This document shows positions 10,250-19,771 of a DNA stretch of 64,000 bases, piece by piece. A program made the position numbers and the translations under genes. The notes below the pieces were generated by a model. It was given only the letters and a program-made list of their open reading frames with translations, searched no databases and was not told where the DNA came from. Source of the DNA: an uncultured Candidatus Saccharibacteria bacterium (GTDB taxonomy: Bacteria; Patescibacteriota; Dojkabacteria; GCA-002793355); NCBI GenBank assembly GCA_964525295.1, contig CAZGEO010000001.1, positions 440,662 through 504,661 of the forward strand. The letters are read 5' to 3'. Numbering within the stretch: the stretch's first letter is position 1; every line of letters begins with the position of its first letter.

Positions 10250-11578
10250 CTAAATAGCAAAGTATGGTACTATTTGTTGATGCCCGAGAAAGAACTCATA
10301 CATGAAAAAATCAATGAATTACCTAAACACAGTTCCATAGAATCTCCGCAAATGGTTTCTGAATTAATTTCGAATCTCGAGCCTCTGGTTGACGCACCTA
10401 TAGAATGGCTATTAGATACTGACTGGGACAGAAAATGCGTGGTCGATAATCTTTATGATGGCATCAAAAAGCATAGTAAACAAATATTAAAAATTACTAA
10501 CTTCGATGCTGAAGAAATTAAAAGTCGGCTTGAAGAAACCCCCTGCTACTCAAACAAAGAAACTATTGAATATCTACAAAATAACGGTGCTATTATCCCA
10601 AGGTCACAATCGGAAATATTGGAACTTATTTCTAACAGACTGAACTGCAGTGATATCAAAATTATCTCTGCACAAGAGAATTCAGAAACCACAAATAAAG
10701 CTTTGCTTACTTTCCCTATAGTTGACAGCTTTGGGAAAACAATAGGATTTTCACATACCCTAATCCCCTTATCTGATTCGATTATCATTACAGAAAAAGC
10801 TCTGTCAGTTACTGCGGAAGATATTTTAATCAGTGGTATTGAATCAAAAAATGCTTCCTGCATTTCTCTCAACGCATTGACCAACGGTACTTTTCGATTG
10901 CATCATTACGATACTGACAATCAAGATTTACTTAACTTTCATGAAGGTAAAGTCACATTCGCAAGTGTAGCGACCAAAGAAGTATCTTCGCAATTCATAA
11001 CTTCACCAAAAGCACTCTCGGGTTTATTTCATGAAGTTGGTCATCAATTATATGAACAATCTTTAGGCTGGATTTCCTTGATAAATCAAGCGCAAAATCT
11101 ACTCAAACACCCAACGGAACCATCTTTATTAAATCCAAAACAAGCGCGCATAATTAAAAGCATTGACGAACGCTCTGCATGGAATATTGAGAACCGATTG
11201 AAATTTTTCTGTAAACAATATATTGGCGTTGACTTCTCAACCTTCGATTATTTTTCTACACTAGCAACTGGACAGGAATGGTTTTTATCTACATATGATT
11301 TCTTTTCATATACGCGAGCTCCTTTGTCTGGCGCTGAGCCGTATTACTCAACCCTAGCAAGAAGACTCGGAGAATATGTAATAACCCTAAAAAATTCCGG
11401 TCAAGATATTTCTACTTATAATTCAACTAATGGGGAAAATCTATCTATTCACCCACTTTTACAACTTATTGAAGCACGAATAGATCCGAATGAAATAGCT
11501 GCACATTCCGGACTTCCAGAAGCACTTCACGAGATTCTTATCGAACGATTATCAACTATCTATCAGACGTTAGGTTAA
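10244..11578 (+). CDS. Hypothetical protein with an HExxH motif, possibly a zinc metallopeptidase
   Basis: FHEVGHQLYE contains an HExxH motif. Nothing else is recognisable. Confidence 0.35.
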   Translation: MQLNSKVWYYLLMPEKELIHEKINELPKHSSIESPQMVSELISNLEPLVDAPIEWLLDTDWDRKCVVDNLYDGIKKHSKQILKITNFDAEEIKSRLEETPCYSNKETIEYLQNNGAIIPRSQSEILELISNRLNCSDIKIISAQENSETTNKALLTFPIVDSFGKTIGFSHTLIPLSDSIIITEKALSVTAEDILISGIESKNASCISLNALTNGTFRLHHYDTDNQDLLNFHEGKVTFASVATKEVSSQFITSPKALSGLFHEVGHQLYEQSLGWISLINQAQNLLKHPTEPSLLNPKQARIIKSIDERSAWNIENRLKFFCKQYIGVDFSTFDYFSTLATGQEWFLSTYDFFSYTRAPLSGAEPYYSTLARRLGEYVITLKNSGQDISTYNSTNGENLSIHPLLQLIEARIDPNEIAAHSGLPEALHEILIERLSTIYQTLG

Positions 11579-12186
11579 AAAGTTATTGCAACATCCCATA
11601 CAGCCAAATACATTGCTAAAATCTCACGAATTGTATACCAACGGCTGTAAAAAGTTGAAAATGAACCAACAGAATAAACTCCTTCTGCACTAACACCAAG
11701 CGAACGGCAAAGAAAAAGAGCTCTCGGCAGATGAAAACCTTGACTAATAATAATGACAGGCTCTGTAATGTTTCTATCACTCAAATTTTTGCAAGAACTG
11801 AAGGTTCTATCACCCTCACCGTCTTCAACAATAAGATTTTCGGGCACTCCTGCCTTTACCAACGCTGTTTTCATTACTTTCGGTTCATCATACGTTTCAC
11901 CATCTTTTGAACCTGAAACAACGATTTCTGCGACCTTTCCACTCTCGAATAAGGTTACTGCGGTGTCTAATCTCTCCTGTAATGCATTACTTGGGTATTC
12001 ATTCTCTTTAACTGACGCACCAAGCACCAACAATATGTATTCTCTTTCGGGAACACTATCGACACTTTTATAAATAAACTGACGAAAGTAATAGTATTGC
12101 ATCGGTGGAATCAATACCAAAACTATTGCCAGTACAGAAATCAATATCAAGGTCAAAACTTTTAGCAGTTTTACTGATTGCTTCAC
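11575..12186 (-). CDS. SanA/YdcF (DUF218) family protein
   Basis: N-terminal transmembrane helix followed by ILLVLGASV...RLDTAVTLFESGKV...ISQGFHLPRAL, which is a DUF218-like pattern. Confidence 0.55.
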   Translation of the reverse strand: MKQSVKLLKVLTLILISVLAIVLVLIPPMQYYYFRQFIYKSVDSVPEREYILLVLGASVKENEYPSNALQERLDTAVTLFESGKVAEIVVSGSKDGETYDEPKVMKTALVKAGVPENLIVEDGEGDRTFSSCKNLSDRNITEPVIIISQGFHLPRALFLCRSLGVSAEGVYSVGSFSTFYSRWYTIREILAMYLAVWDVAITF

Positions 12187-12942
12187 ATCACATTATACAC
12201 AAACACAGATTATCAACACAACAGTGTGCGCGTAAAACATTTTCAATTAAAAGATTCACGTACGTGGAACTTTTATGGCAGCATTGAGACATCACAATCC
12301 TCAACTTGAAGCAATTTATAAATTCTCTGGCAATAAGAACACGCTACACTGCCAAAATGGTTATCTTGAGCAATAGTATTGACACTGAAAGAGAAATAAC
12401 TAGTCGATATGTAAATTATATGAATCCCAGAAAGCAACACAAACTACAAATCTACTCGACAAGCAACAAATCTACAAATTCAAACGTAAAATCGAGCGCG
12501 AGACGAAATGATACGATCTACAATCACCTCAATCGTCACTTGAATAGCGAAGAAATCGATACTATATCTCCATAGATCAATTTAACCTCAACAACGCCAA
12601 ACTTAGCTACACAAAATACCCCGTCAAGACATTGTACACTATGTATACACTTCCACACAAACAATCGAATAAAACAAACTAGGAGAACTGCACACCGAAA
12701 ATCTACATTCCTGTTTTTCACTCCAATCTTAACAACACTATACATTACACTCAAATTTTCATAAAACATTTCTATCCGTTCTCTTTCTTCAGAATTATGC
12801 GTCAATAACAATTTGCCAAAAGAACTAATAGTACTATTTCAGATGAACATACTCACGCAAATAGTATAAAATCTCTACTAAAGGAATGTACCGCAAAATT
12901 CATATTGAATCTACTGTCTGTGCGGCTTATATTACACGAAAA

Positions 12943-14238
12943 TTACGAGCTCAGTATACCCCCAATGGCCTCCTGCAGCTCTTCTATTATAGGCTCTTTT
13001 CTGTTTACCAGCTCGTTTGCAATTTTACCCGCTAAACTCTTAAACTCAATCCACTGTGGCGATAAAGATTCTTCTCCAACGAGTGCGTCTAACAACCTTT
13101 CAATTACAAAATCTGGTGTTCCCATGGTGCTGGCGATGGCAACATCAAAGCCTCGTTCAATGCCCGCTGCAGCGCGCAAATACGCAGGGGAAGTTTCCTT
13201 CAGATATATCGACAATCTTCTTAAAAGTGACATCGGAAATTCATCTACTCTCGGTTTTTCACCAACCTCAATAGCTTTTGCAAATCTAAATGCCATTCTT
13301 CCTGAAACTGTAGCCAACTCCACAAACAATGCCTTAGACACCGGTGAATCACACGTTTTTTCAACTTGCTGTAATATAGAATCAAAATATTCTTTCTCAA
13401 AATCATAACGAGCCTGAAGACTTGAAGTCATTGCAACTGCACGCATTTTATGCTCTTTATACTCCTCAGATTCGACGACACCATGCAAGAACTCTCCAAT
13501 TCTATACGATTCAGCACTAGCAATTTCTGGCGCTTTCTTAATTTCTTCGAGATCAGCATCAGGAAGCACACGCAAACTCACCAATTCTTGAGAAATTTTG
13601 CATTCAGTAGCAAGTAACTTGTTGATAAATCTTTGATAAGCCCTAAACTGACTTCCTGTTCTTGGCCACAAATCGATTTGAATTCTGTGATATCCCTGAC
13701 TCAATCGCAACAAAATCATCATTTCAACCATCAATGAAACAATATTGTCAGCAACGAAACCACCTGATGCAACATGTTCTCCAATCAACTCTTTCAAAGG
13801 ACCGAAAAGTTCCTCGTATTCCCCCACGGGCATATTAAACATGCCACCAGTTCCCGTATTAATACTCGCTTGTGATAATGAATGTCTCAATAAAAACGAA
13901 TGCTGAGGTTCGGGTAAAATATTTGCATTACCTTGCGAAGAATATTCCGCATAAGCTCGAGAAATATACCCCAAGGTGGCAATATTCGTGCCTTTCCCTG
14001 CTCCTGGTGGCCCAGCCCAAACCGCAAAAGTTACTCCCTGCACGTGTCGATGGCGAATTTCGGCAATAATGTCTGTTTCTACTTCTAAAATGTTTTTTTG
14101 AGCCCATTTCTTCATCGCAGAAATCAACTCAGCATTATGCAGCCCTACAACCTCTCTCAATAATTCAGTGACCTTATTCTTGATCAACAGCTTCACTTCA
14201 TTTTGCGTCAATTCTCTTGCAATAATTTCTTCTGCCAT
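12943..14238 (-). CDS. P-loop NTPase with an NMP-kinase-type Walker A and a long C-terminal extension of unknown function
   Basis: VWAGPPGAGKGT resembles the adenylate/cytidylate kinase P-loop (GxPGxGKGT). Canonical NMP kinases are about 200 aa, whereas this protein is 431 aa. Confidence 0.5.
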   Translation of the reverse strand: MAEEIIARELTQNEVKLLIKNKVTELLREVVGLHNAELISAMKKWAQKNILEVETDIIAEIRHRHVQGVTFAVWAGPPGAGKGTNIATLGYISRAYAEYSSQGNANILPEPQHSFLLRHSLSQASINTGTGGMFNMPVGEYEELFGPLKELIGEHVASGGFVADNIVSLMVEMMILLRLSQGYHRIQIDLWPRTGSQFRAYQRFINKLLATECKISQELVSLRVLPDADLEEIKKAPEIASAESYRIGEFLHGVVESEEYKEHKMRAVAMTSSLQARYDFEKEYFDSILQQVEKTCDSPVSKALFVELATVSGRMAFRFAKAIEVGEKPRVDEFPMSLLRRLSIYLKETSPAYLRAAAGIERGFDVAIASTMGTPDFVIERLLDALVGEESLSPQWIEFKSLAGKIANELVNRKEPIIEELQEAIGGILSS

Positions 14239-14247
14239 ATTCTTACT

Positions 14248-15027
14248 TTACTCCTTATCTTTGCGAACGAGAAGGGCCATAAAAAGCGGAATTTCTTGAC
14301 GTGCGACATTTTCACGATCGGCGAATTTTCCATCACTTTCTTTTGGTGACGCCCATTCGTACAAGCCAATTATTGAAAAACCTCTTTTTGTAAATTCTTC
14401 TGCATACGTTGCCAACGGCACATGAAAACTCCAGGTCGTGCTATGTTTCCCCCTCTCTGAACCAGGGTTCATCACAATAGGAATCTTCTGTTCACGCAAA
14501 TAGCTACTTACCCAGCGTACCTGCTTCGCATTTCCAGGATCAATACTCCACCCTGACGATCTTGGAATTCGAAACATTGGATGATTCAGGATTACCAAAA
14601 AATGACCACCTTGCACAAGATATTCTGCAATATTGTCAAAAACTCCACGGAAATTTTCGATATTTTGCAATGCCAAAACACAAGTCGCAAAATCATATTC
14701 TCTCTCTTTAATTTTGAGGGGCTTACTGACATCTGCTACATAAAAAAGTGATTTTGCACCACGTTGAGAAAGTTTTCTGGCTTCTCCGATTAGTGCAGGA
14801 GCTATATCTATTCCTACATATTCAGTATTTTTATGAAGAATTCGCTCAAGCACACCTTGTCCGCAAGCGAGGTCAAGCACCCGCTTTGGTGTATATTTTT
14901 CAAATATCTCTCGAATTTTTGGCAAGATTACTGATTGATGATAAAAATGCCCCTTTTCTCCGACTTCTTTTCCATACCAGTTTGCAACTTTATTCCAGGT
15001 AGTTTTCTTCCTATTTTGCATTGTCAT
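14248..15027 (-). CDS. Class I SAM-dependent methyltransferase
   Basis: Motif I VLDLACGQGVL. Confidence 0.7.
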   Translation of the reverse strand: MTMQNRKKTTWNKVANWYGKEVGEKGHFYHQSVILPKIREIFEKYTPKRVLDLACGQGVLERILHKNTEYVGIDIAPALIGEARKLSQRGAKSLFYVADVSKPLKIKEREYDFATCVLALQNIENFRGVFDNIAEYLVQGGHFLVILNHPMFRIPRSSGWSIDPGNAKQVRWVSSYLREQKIPIVMNPGSERGKHSTTWSFHVPLATYAEEFTKRGFSIIGLYEWASPKESDGKFADRENVARQEIPLFMALLVRKDKE

Positions 15028-15068
15028 ATTCCATTGTACTATGAACTTCGCTTTTGCGCACCGAACGA

Positions 15069-15082
15069 TACCCCTAGGGGTA
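15069..15082. repeat. GC-rich perfect palindrome TACCCCTAGGGGTA (copy 1 of a recurring motif)
   Basis: Read directly from the sequence. It is intergenic, lying downstream of rel and upstream of the methyltransferase. Confidence 0.6.
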
Positions 15083-15125
15083 CAAATATCTTTCTAGACC
15101 ATAGAGTCGGCACGATCTTGCAGGT

Positions 15126-15141
15126 ATACCCCCGGGGGTAT
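15126..15141. repeat. GC-rich perfect palindrome ATACCCCCGGGGGTAT (copy 2)
   Basis: Read directly from the sequence. It abuts the rel stop codon. Confidence 0.6.
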
Positions 15142-16598
15142 CATTGCAGCAGTTTCTTCCGCAAACCTCGACGTACTTTTTCAATCGCACTATGCGTAGT
15201 AACAAGTTGTAATGCTTCGTCTGAAGGGAATTGTTTTTTCGAATCAGTAATTATTTCAACGACATCGCCATTTGAAAGTACTGTCCCCAATGAAACATTC
15301 TTTCCTCCATTTATTTTTGCGAATATCGCTGCATCACCTATTTTTGTATGTACCTGATAGGCAAAATCTAGCGCCGTAGAGCCAACAGGGAGCTCAATAA
15401 TTCGATTTTTTGGGGTGAAAGTAAAAATCTTATCGGTAAACAAATGCATCTTTAGTGGCCTACTTTCCTCTAAGTTCTCAGTTTTTTGTAATTGCGCAAT
15501 CTCCTGATGTAGTTTCTCTACCCATTGATACTCGGTTGTTGCCTTACTTAATCGTGTTCCTGCGAGTTTATATGCAATATGTGAAGCTGGTCCGTAGGTA
15601 TTGTGCCAGTACATATCACGCGTCATAATTTGAATTTCAATAACGCGATGTGGCAACTCAGGAAAAGCACAATTTAGCTGAATCTCGCTAAAACCATTTG
15701 GCTTAGGATGAAGAATATAGTCTTCAAAAACTACTGTTTTTGCATCAGCATATTGCTGCAACGCATAGGCAACAGCATAACATTGTTCGGCAGAATCGAC
15801 CATAATCGTAAAGGCAATAAGGTCACGGAATCTACCAATATCAGAAGGTTTCCCTTCACCGGCATATTTCGCCATCTTACGCCAAATACTGTAATACGAC
15901 TTAACCCGCCCCCATACCGCCCCTCTAACCCTCACTATCTCCAGCACTTCTTCTATTAAATGTTGCAAATCTTTGATGTTTTCGAAGATATCGCGCTGGT
16001 TTTCATGAATATAAGTCGAAACTAAATCAAATTCTTTTGGATGATACACGCGAAAACCGTCAGCATCGAACCTATTTTTCGCATCTGACAAATTCATATA
16101 TTCTGCGAGCGGTGAATATATACTCAGCAAACGACGAGCGACATCCAGCTTCTTTTCCGTCGGAAGAAAATCAATAGTTTTTGCGTTATCGAACTTCTCA
16201 GATAGTTTAATCAACGCTACACGTAAATCATCATCAAAACTCAGTATGTATTTATAAATCACCTGAGTATCGACACTTTCGCCCCTTGCCTTTGAAAAAA
16301 CAATATCCAAATTTTTCAAAAGATACAACACATCTTCGGTAAAAATATCATTTTCTGCATACACTTCAGGTGGCAATTTATGATGCAATAAAGTTGCAAT
16401 AATACCTGAATAATCGATGCGAAGATCTGCATAATACTTAGCAGAACGCAAAACGTGATTGAGTAAAGGCTCACCCGACAAACGAATAACACCAGAATAA
16501 TGCTGCGCAGCGATCTCTATTGCTCGTACAAGTCGAGCCTGATATTTTTCGGGTACAGCTACAAGCAATTCATGACGCAAGTCTTCGATATGAACCAT
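15141..16598 (-). CDS. RelA/SpoT-family (p)ppGpp synthetase with a degenerate HD domain, a synthetase domain and a TGS domain
   Basis: Synthetase motifs are present: GRVKSYYSIWRKM, DLIAFTIMVDSAEQCY, EDYILHPKPNGF. The TGS-like C-terminus reads FTPKNRIIELPVGSTALDFAYQVHTKIG. In the N-terminal HD region the canonical LLHDVVED is replaced by LLHHKLPPE, so hydrolase activity is probably lost. Confidence 0.8.
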   Translation of the reverse strand: MVHIEDLRHELLVAVPEKYQARLVRAIEIAAQHYSGVIRLSGEPLLNHVLRSAKYYADLRIDYSGIIATLLHHKLPPEVYAENDIFTEDVLYLLKNLDIVFSKARGESVDTQVIYKYILSFDDDLRVALIKLSEKFDNAKTIDFLPTEKKLDVARRLLSIYSPLAEYMNLSDAKNRFDADGFRVYHPKEFDLVSTYIHENQRDIFENIKDLQHLIEEVLEIVRVRGAVWGRVKSYYSIWRKMAKYAGEGKPSDIGRFRDLIAFTIMVDSAEQCYAVAYALQQYADAKTVVFEDYILHPKPNGFSEIQLNCAFPELPHRVIEIQIMTRDMYWHNTYGPASHIAYKLAGTRLSKATTEYQWVEKLHQEIAQLQKTENLEESRPLKMHLFTDKIFTFTPKNRIIELPVGSTALDFAYQVHTKIGDAAIFAKINGGKNVSLGTVLSNGDVVEIITDSKKQFPSDEALQLVTTHSAIEKVRRGLRKKLLQ

Positions 16599-16619
16599 TC
16601 TGTAATTTTAGCAGAAATT

Positions 16620-17237
16620 CTAACGCTTTCGCGACTCTAGCAAGCCTTTAAGACGCTTAACTTCCTGTTGAAGTTCCTGCAGATATTTTTCATCAACTTT
16701 TTCAGCAAGTGGATAATACAATTGTTCAGCTTTTGCAATCAAACGTTCGTATTTTTCAATATCATGCAATAATTCGGTTGAAAGTAAATTATTCAACCAA
16801 GACTCTAATTTTACAATCTTTACGTTTTCTGACGCACTTATAACTCGCTCAACGTATGTTTTATTTGCCTCCATTCTTTCGTCTAAATTGCGCAAACCTC
16901 GTTTGGGTTCTTCAGTTATGTTTTTTATGTCGTTCGCTACCTCTACGCCAAAGAATTCTTCGATAACTTCGATACTAAAATATGGATCTTTTTCATAGGC
17001 ATCATGTAAAAACGCCAGAATTACCATATTCTCTAAATCTTTTTTGCCTTTAAAGCGCTCAACAATTCGTAAGATAATTGGAAAAATATGCTGTTCAAGA
17101 TATGGTGTGCCATCATCGCGTACATGGTAACGATGCGATAGAATTGATCGCAATAATGCCTCTTCGACGCGATCATTCCAAATTCCCGCAGTAATAAGGG
17201 CTTCTTTAACCTGTCCTTTGAGTGCGAATGGCTTCAT
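16620..17237 (-). CDS. Stand-alone HD-domain (p)ppGpp hydrolase-like protein (small alarmone hydrolase-like)
   Basis: HRYHVRDDGTPYLEQHIFP...LAFLHDAYE resembles the SpoT hydrolase HD motifs. Confidence 0.6.
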   Translation of the reverse strand: MKPFALKGQVKEALITAGIWNDRVEEALLRSILSHRYHVRDDGTPYLEQHIFPIILRIVERFKGKKDLENMVILAFLHDAYEKDPYFSIEVIEEFFGVEVANDIKNITEEPKRGLRNLDERMEANKTYVERVISASENVKIVKLESWLNNLLSTELLHDIEKYERLIAKAEQLYYPLAEKVDEKYLQELQQEVKRLKGLLESRKR

Positions 17238-17264
17238 ATTACTATTCTACACTACAATTGTGAT

Positions 17265-17897
17265 TTACGTGTTCAATGAGTCAATTTCATCTTTTATTCG
17301 AGTGGTTTCCTCAATTATGACCTGTGCAAGCGTTGTATCAACTTCAAGCGCCAATGGTAGATATAATTCGACTGTATCTCGCAAATATCGTTCATATTTC
17401 TCTTTATTGTTTTTTACTTCAGTACATTGCAGGTTGTTGATTCTGTCAAGTAGTTTCATCACTTTTATCGGTTGCGATGCTAACCTCAATGACTGTACGT
17501 AAACTGCATGCTCATCATGCTTGTCTTGTTGTGTTCTTACTTTCTGTTTTTTATGTGATTTTTGCAATCCCTGTATCATTGAACAAATAGTGCTAGAAAA
17601 TGATTTCTGTAGTGCAGTTGAGAGTAAATCTTCATCATCTTCGAGCACATCATGCAAAAGCATCGCCACAACTATATCGTGTTTATCGTGAGCATTTACA
17701 AAATAGTTTGCAGCCACAATTGCCAGAGGAAATATATGCTGAGATAAATATGATTGCCCATCATCACGCAATTGACCGTAATGTGATATCTGCGCCTGTT
17801 CTACCGCTTTATGCATCGTATCTGTCCAAATTCCTGCTTTTTTTGCAAGATTTATGAAATCATCACTTGTTGCATACGGTTTCTGCATAAAATGCAC
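17265..17897 (-). CDS. Stand-alone HD-domain (p)ppGpp hydrolase-like protein and paralog of the previous gene
   Basis: HYGQLRDDGQSYLSQHIFP...MLLHDVLEDD contains the canonical SpoT/Mesh1 HD motif. Confidence 0.7.
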   Translation of the reverse strand: MHFMQKPYATSDDFINLAKKAGIWTDTMHKAVEQAQISHYGQLRDDGQSYLSQHIFPLAIVAANYFVNAHDKHDIVVAMLLHDVLEDDEDLLSTALQKSFSSTICSMIQGLQKSHKKQKVRTQQDKHDEHAVYVQSLRLASQPIKVMKLLDRINNLQCTEVKNNKEKYERYLRDTVELYLPLALEVDTTLAQVIIEETTRIKDEIDSLNT

Positions 17898-18044
17898 AGC
17901 GAACGAGGTTATTTAACAGGAAATTATGGGGCGATTCATTCAATTGACTGATACAGAAATTTTGCACCAGTATAAAAAGTTGATTCGTACTACCAATTAT
18001 ACACGAGTCACAATGAGTTGCATAGAATACCACTCGCCAACTAT

Positions 18045-19415
18045 CTAGTGATTGATTCTATCGTTATCTTTCAATACCTTTTCGATTTGCAGAAAGTCAC
18101 CGATTACGGCATCAGGAACAAAGGCTGTGACACTATCTTCGTCATTATCAACCAAAATTGTTTGCATCAAGAAATCTCTCCCTGAAGCGAGAGCTGTGGC
18201 ACTATTATCGACTAGCGTAATATTTTCAGGATTAACCTTCGGGAATTTTTCAATAACTGCTTCTAACAATCGCTTATCTGGCTTCATATACTCGGTCGCA
18301 CCGCCTAGAAGTAAACAATCAAAAAGATCAAATACACCTCGTTCTTTAAGAATTATCTCTCCCCATTTTTGAGGGAAATCTGACAATAAAACTAATTTGT
18401 ATGATTCTTTCAATTTTCGCAACAAGTTCACAACACTCTTTCTCATTGTAACTGAGGCTGTAACAACTTTTTGCGCCTTTTCAATTTCTCCTACCCCTAA
18501 TTTGTACCAAAACTCTGCTTCGGTAATTTGTCGTCGTTGTAACTGCAGGAATTCAGCATTAATATAAGCTTTCTCTTTATTAACAAATGAAGACAATACT
18601 TCATCTGCGACGTGCCTTTCATTTGTGATTGTGCCAATAAAATCGAGTATAAGAATCTTTTCTGATGAATACTTCACTTCCTTTAATCCGAGAAGTGACG
18701 GAATGTCACCAAAATCTCGTGTGTATATATCTGCTTTTTCTTGTTGATCAAGATAATAACCGTGATAATCGAACAAAATTGACTTAATGCTTAATCTGCG
18801 AGCAAGTTCGATATCTGTTTTGGGATTATTCCCAATAACGACGACCTCTTCTTGCGAAAGTTTTAACTTTTTCAAAGCAACAACCGCTTGTTCAATATGT
18901 GGTTTATCTGCTCCAGCTTCTTCTGAAGTCACCATGTAGTCGATATATTTCATGATCCCAAGCTTATTGATTTTTGCGATCTGAACATCTGCCGTGAAAT
19001 CAGTAATTAAACATGTCATCAATTGGTTATGCTTAAATGCTCGGAGAGCATCAAAAACTCCAGGAAAAAGGTCGATTCGCGAAAGCAAATCTTTCCAATA
19101 GAAATCGACTGCGCGTTGAATTATATCTGGAGCAAAGTTTATACCGCAGAGTTCTAGCGTTCTTTGAATAAATAGATAACGGTTATGCGCAGCAGCCGTG
19201 CCAGGAAGTTCTTTTCCAATTTCTTTTTTTGCACGAATATACAATTCACGAAAATCTTCCCACGTGATAACTTTTAAAATTGGGCTCAGGTATTCGTAGA
19301 GATGATACTCGACCATATCTTCGACTTTTGCACCTTTTGCATAAAGAATCTGAAAATCTTCTGTATTTGAAAGAGTTCCATCGAGATCAATGAGTACCCC
19401 ACGAATCTTCGGCAT
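18045..19415 (-). CDS. Protein with tandem HAD-superfamily hydrolase domains
   Basis: The first domain carries motif I DLDGTL. The second repeat has LDFIGTI, where the second Asp is missing, so it is degenerate. Confidence 0.6.
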   Translation of the reverse strand: MPKIRGVLIDLDGTLSNTEDFQILYAKGAKVEDMVEYHLYEYLSPILKVITWEDFRELYIRAKKEIGKELPGTAAAHNRYLFIQRTLELCGINFAPDIIQRAVDFYWKDLLSRIDLFPGVFDALRAFKHNQLMTCLITDFTADVQIAKINKLGIMKYIDYMVTSEEAGADKPHIEQAVVALKKLKLSQEEVVVIGNNPKTDIELARRLSIKSILFDYHGYYLDQQEKADIYTRDFGDIPSLLGLKEVKYSSEKILILDFIGTITNERHVADEVLSSFVNKEKAYINAEFLQLQRRQITEAEFWYKLGVGEIEKAQKVVTASVTMRKSVVNLLRKLKESYKLVLLSDFPQKWGEIILKERGVFDLFDCLLLGGATEYMKPDKRLLEAVIEKFPKVNPENITLVDNSATALASGRDFLMQTILVDNDEDSVTAFVPDAVIGDFLQIEKVLKDNDRINH

Positions 19416-19416
19416 A

Positions 19417-19752
19417 TTACTTAAGTTTAAATAATTTCTTTAGTCTTGACTCTGTCATAATCACAACTATGGCAATTCCCAGAATGAATATTCCCGCCAC
19501 AATTGACAATGTCGTCTCCATTGATAAGGTGATGAAATTCGTAATTATTTGCATACTCGCTACAGTAAAAATGCTCAAAAGCATCAATAATTGCCCTGAA
19601 AATCGATTCGCTTCTACCCACGTTTTTTTATTTTTCATTGAATTATTAGAACGATAACCGTAAATATGATTTGGCTTAATACGTGCTGCGTGAAAACGGG
19701 CTAACCCACCAACTATAAAAAGTAAAATCGAGAGTACATATACTATTACCAT
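19417..19752 (-). CDS. Small membrane protein
   Basis: Three or four predicted transmembrane helices and no recognisable motifs. Confidence 0.4.
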   Translation of the reverse strand: MVIVYVLSILLFIVGGLARFHAARIKPNHIYGYRSNNSMKNKKTWVEANRFSGQLLMLLSIFTVASMQIITNFITLSMETTLSIVAGIFILGIAIVVIMTESRLKKLFKLK

Positions 19753-19771
19753 ATTTTTTCAACTAAATAAT

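Noticed and set aside
12306-12811. ORFs 12306..12575 (+) and 12536..12811 (-) inside the C/A-rich region.
   Set aside because: The translations are low-complexity and driven by compositional bias, with no motifs. The region is better treated as non-coding.
12905-13408. ORF 12905..13408 (+), 167 aa.
   Set aside because: It lies entirely antisense to the much longer P-loop protein gene (12943..14238, minus strand), which has a clear Walker A motif.
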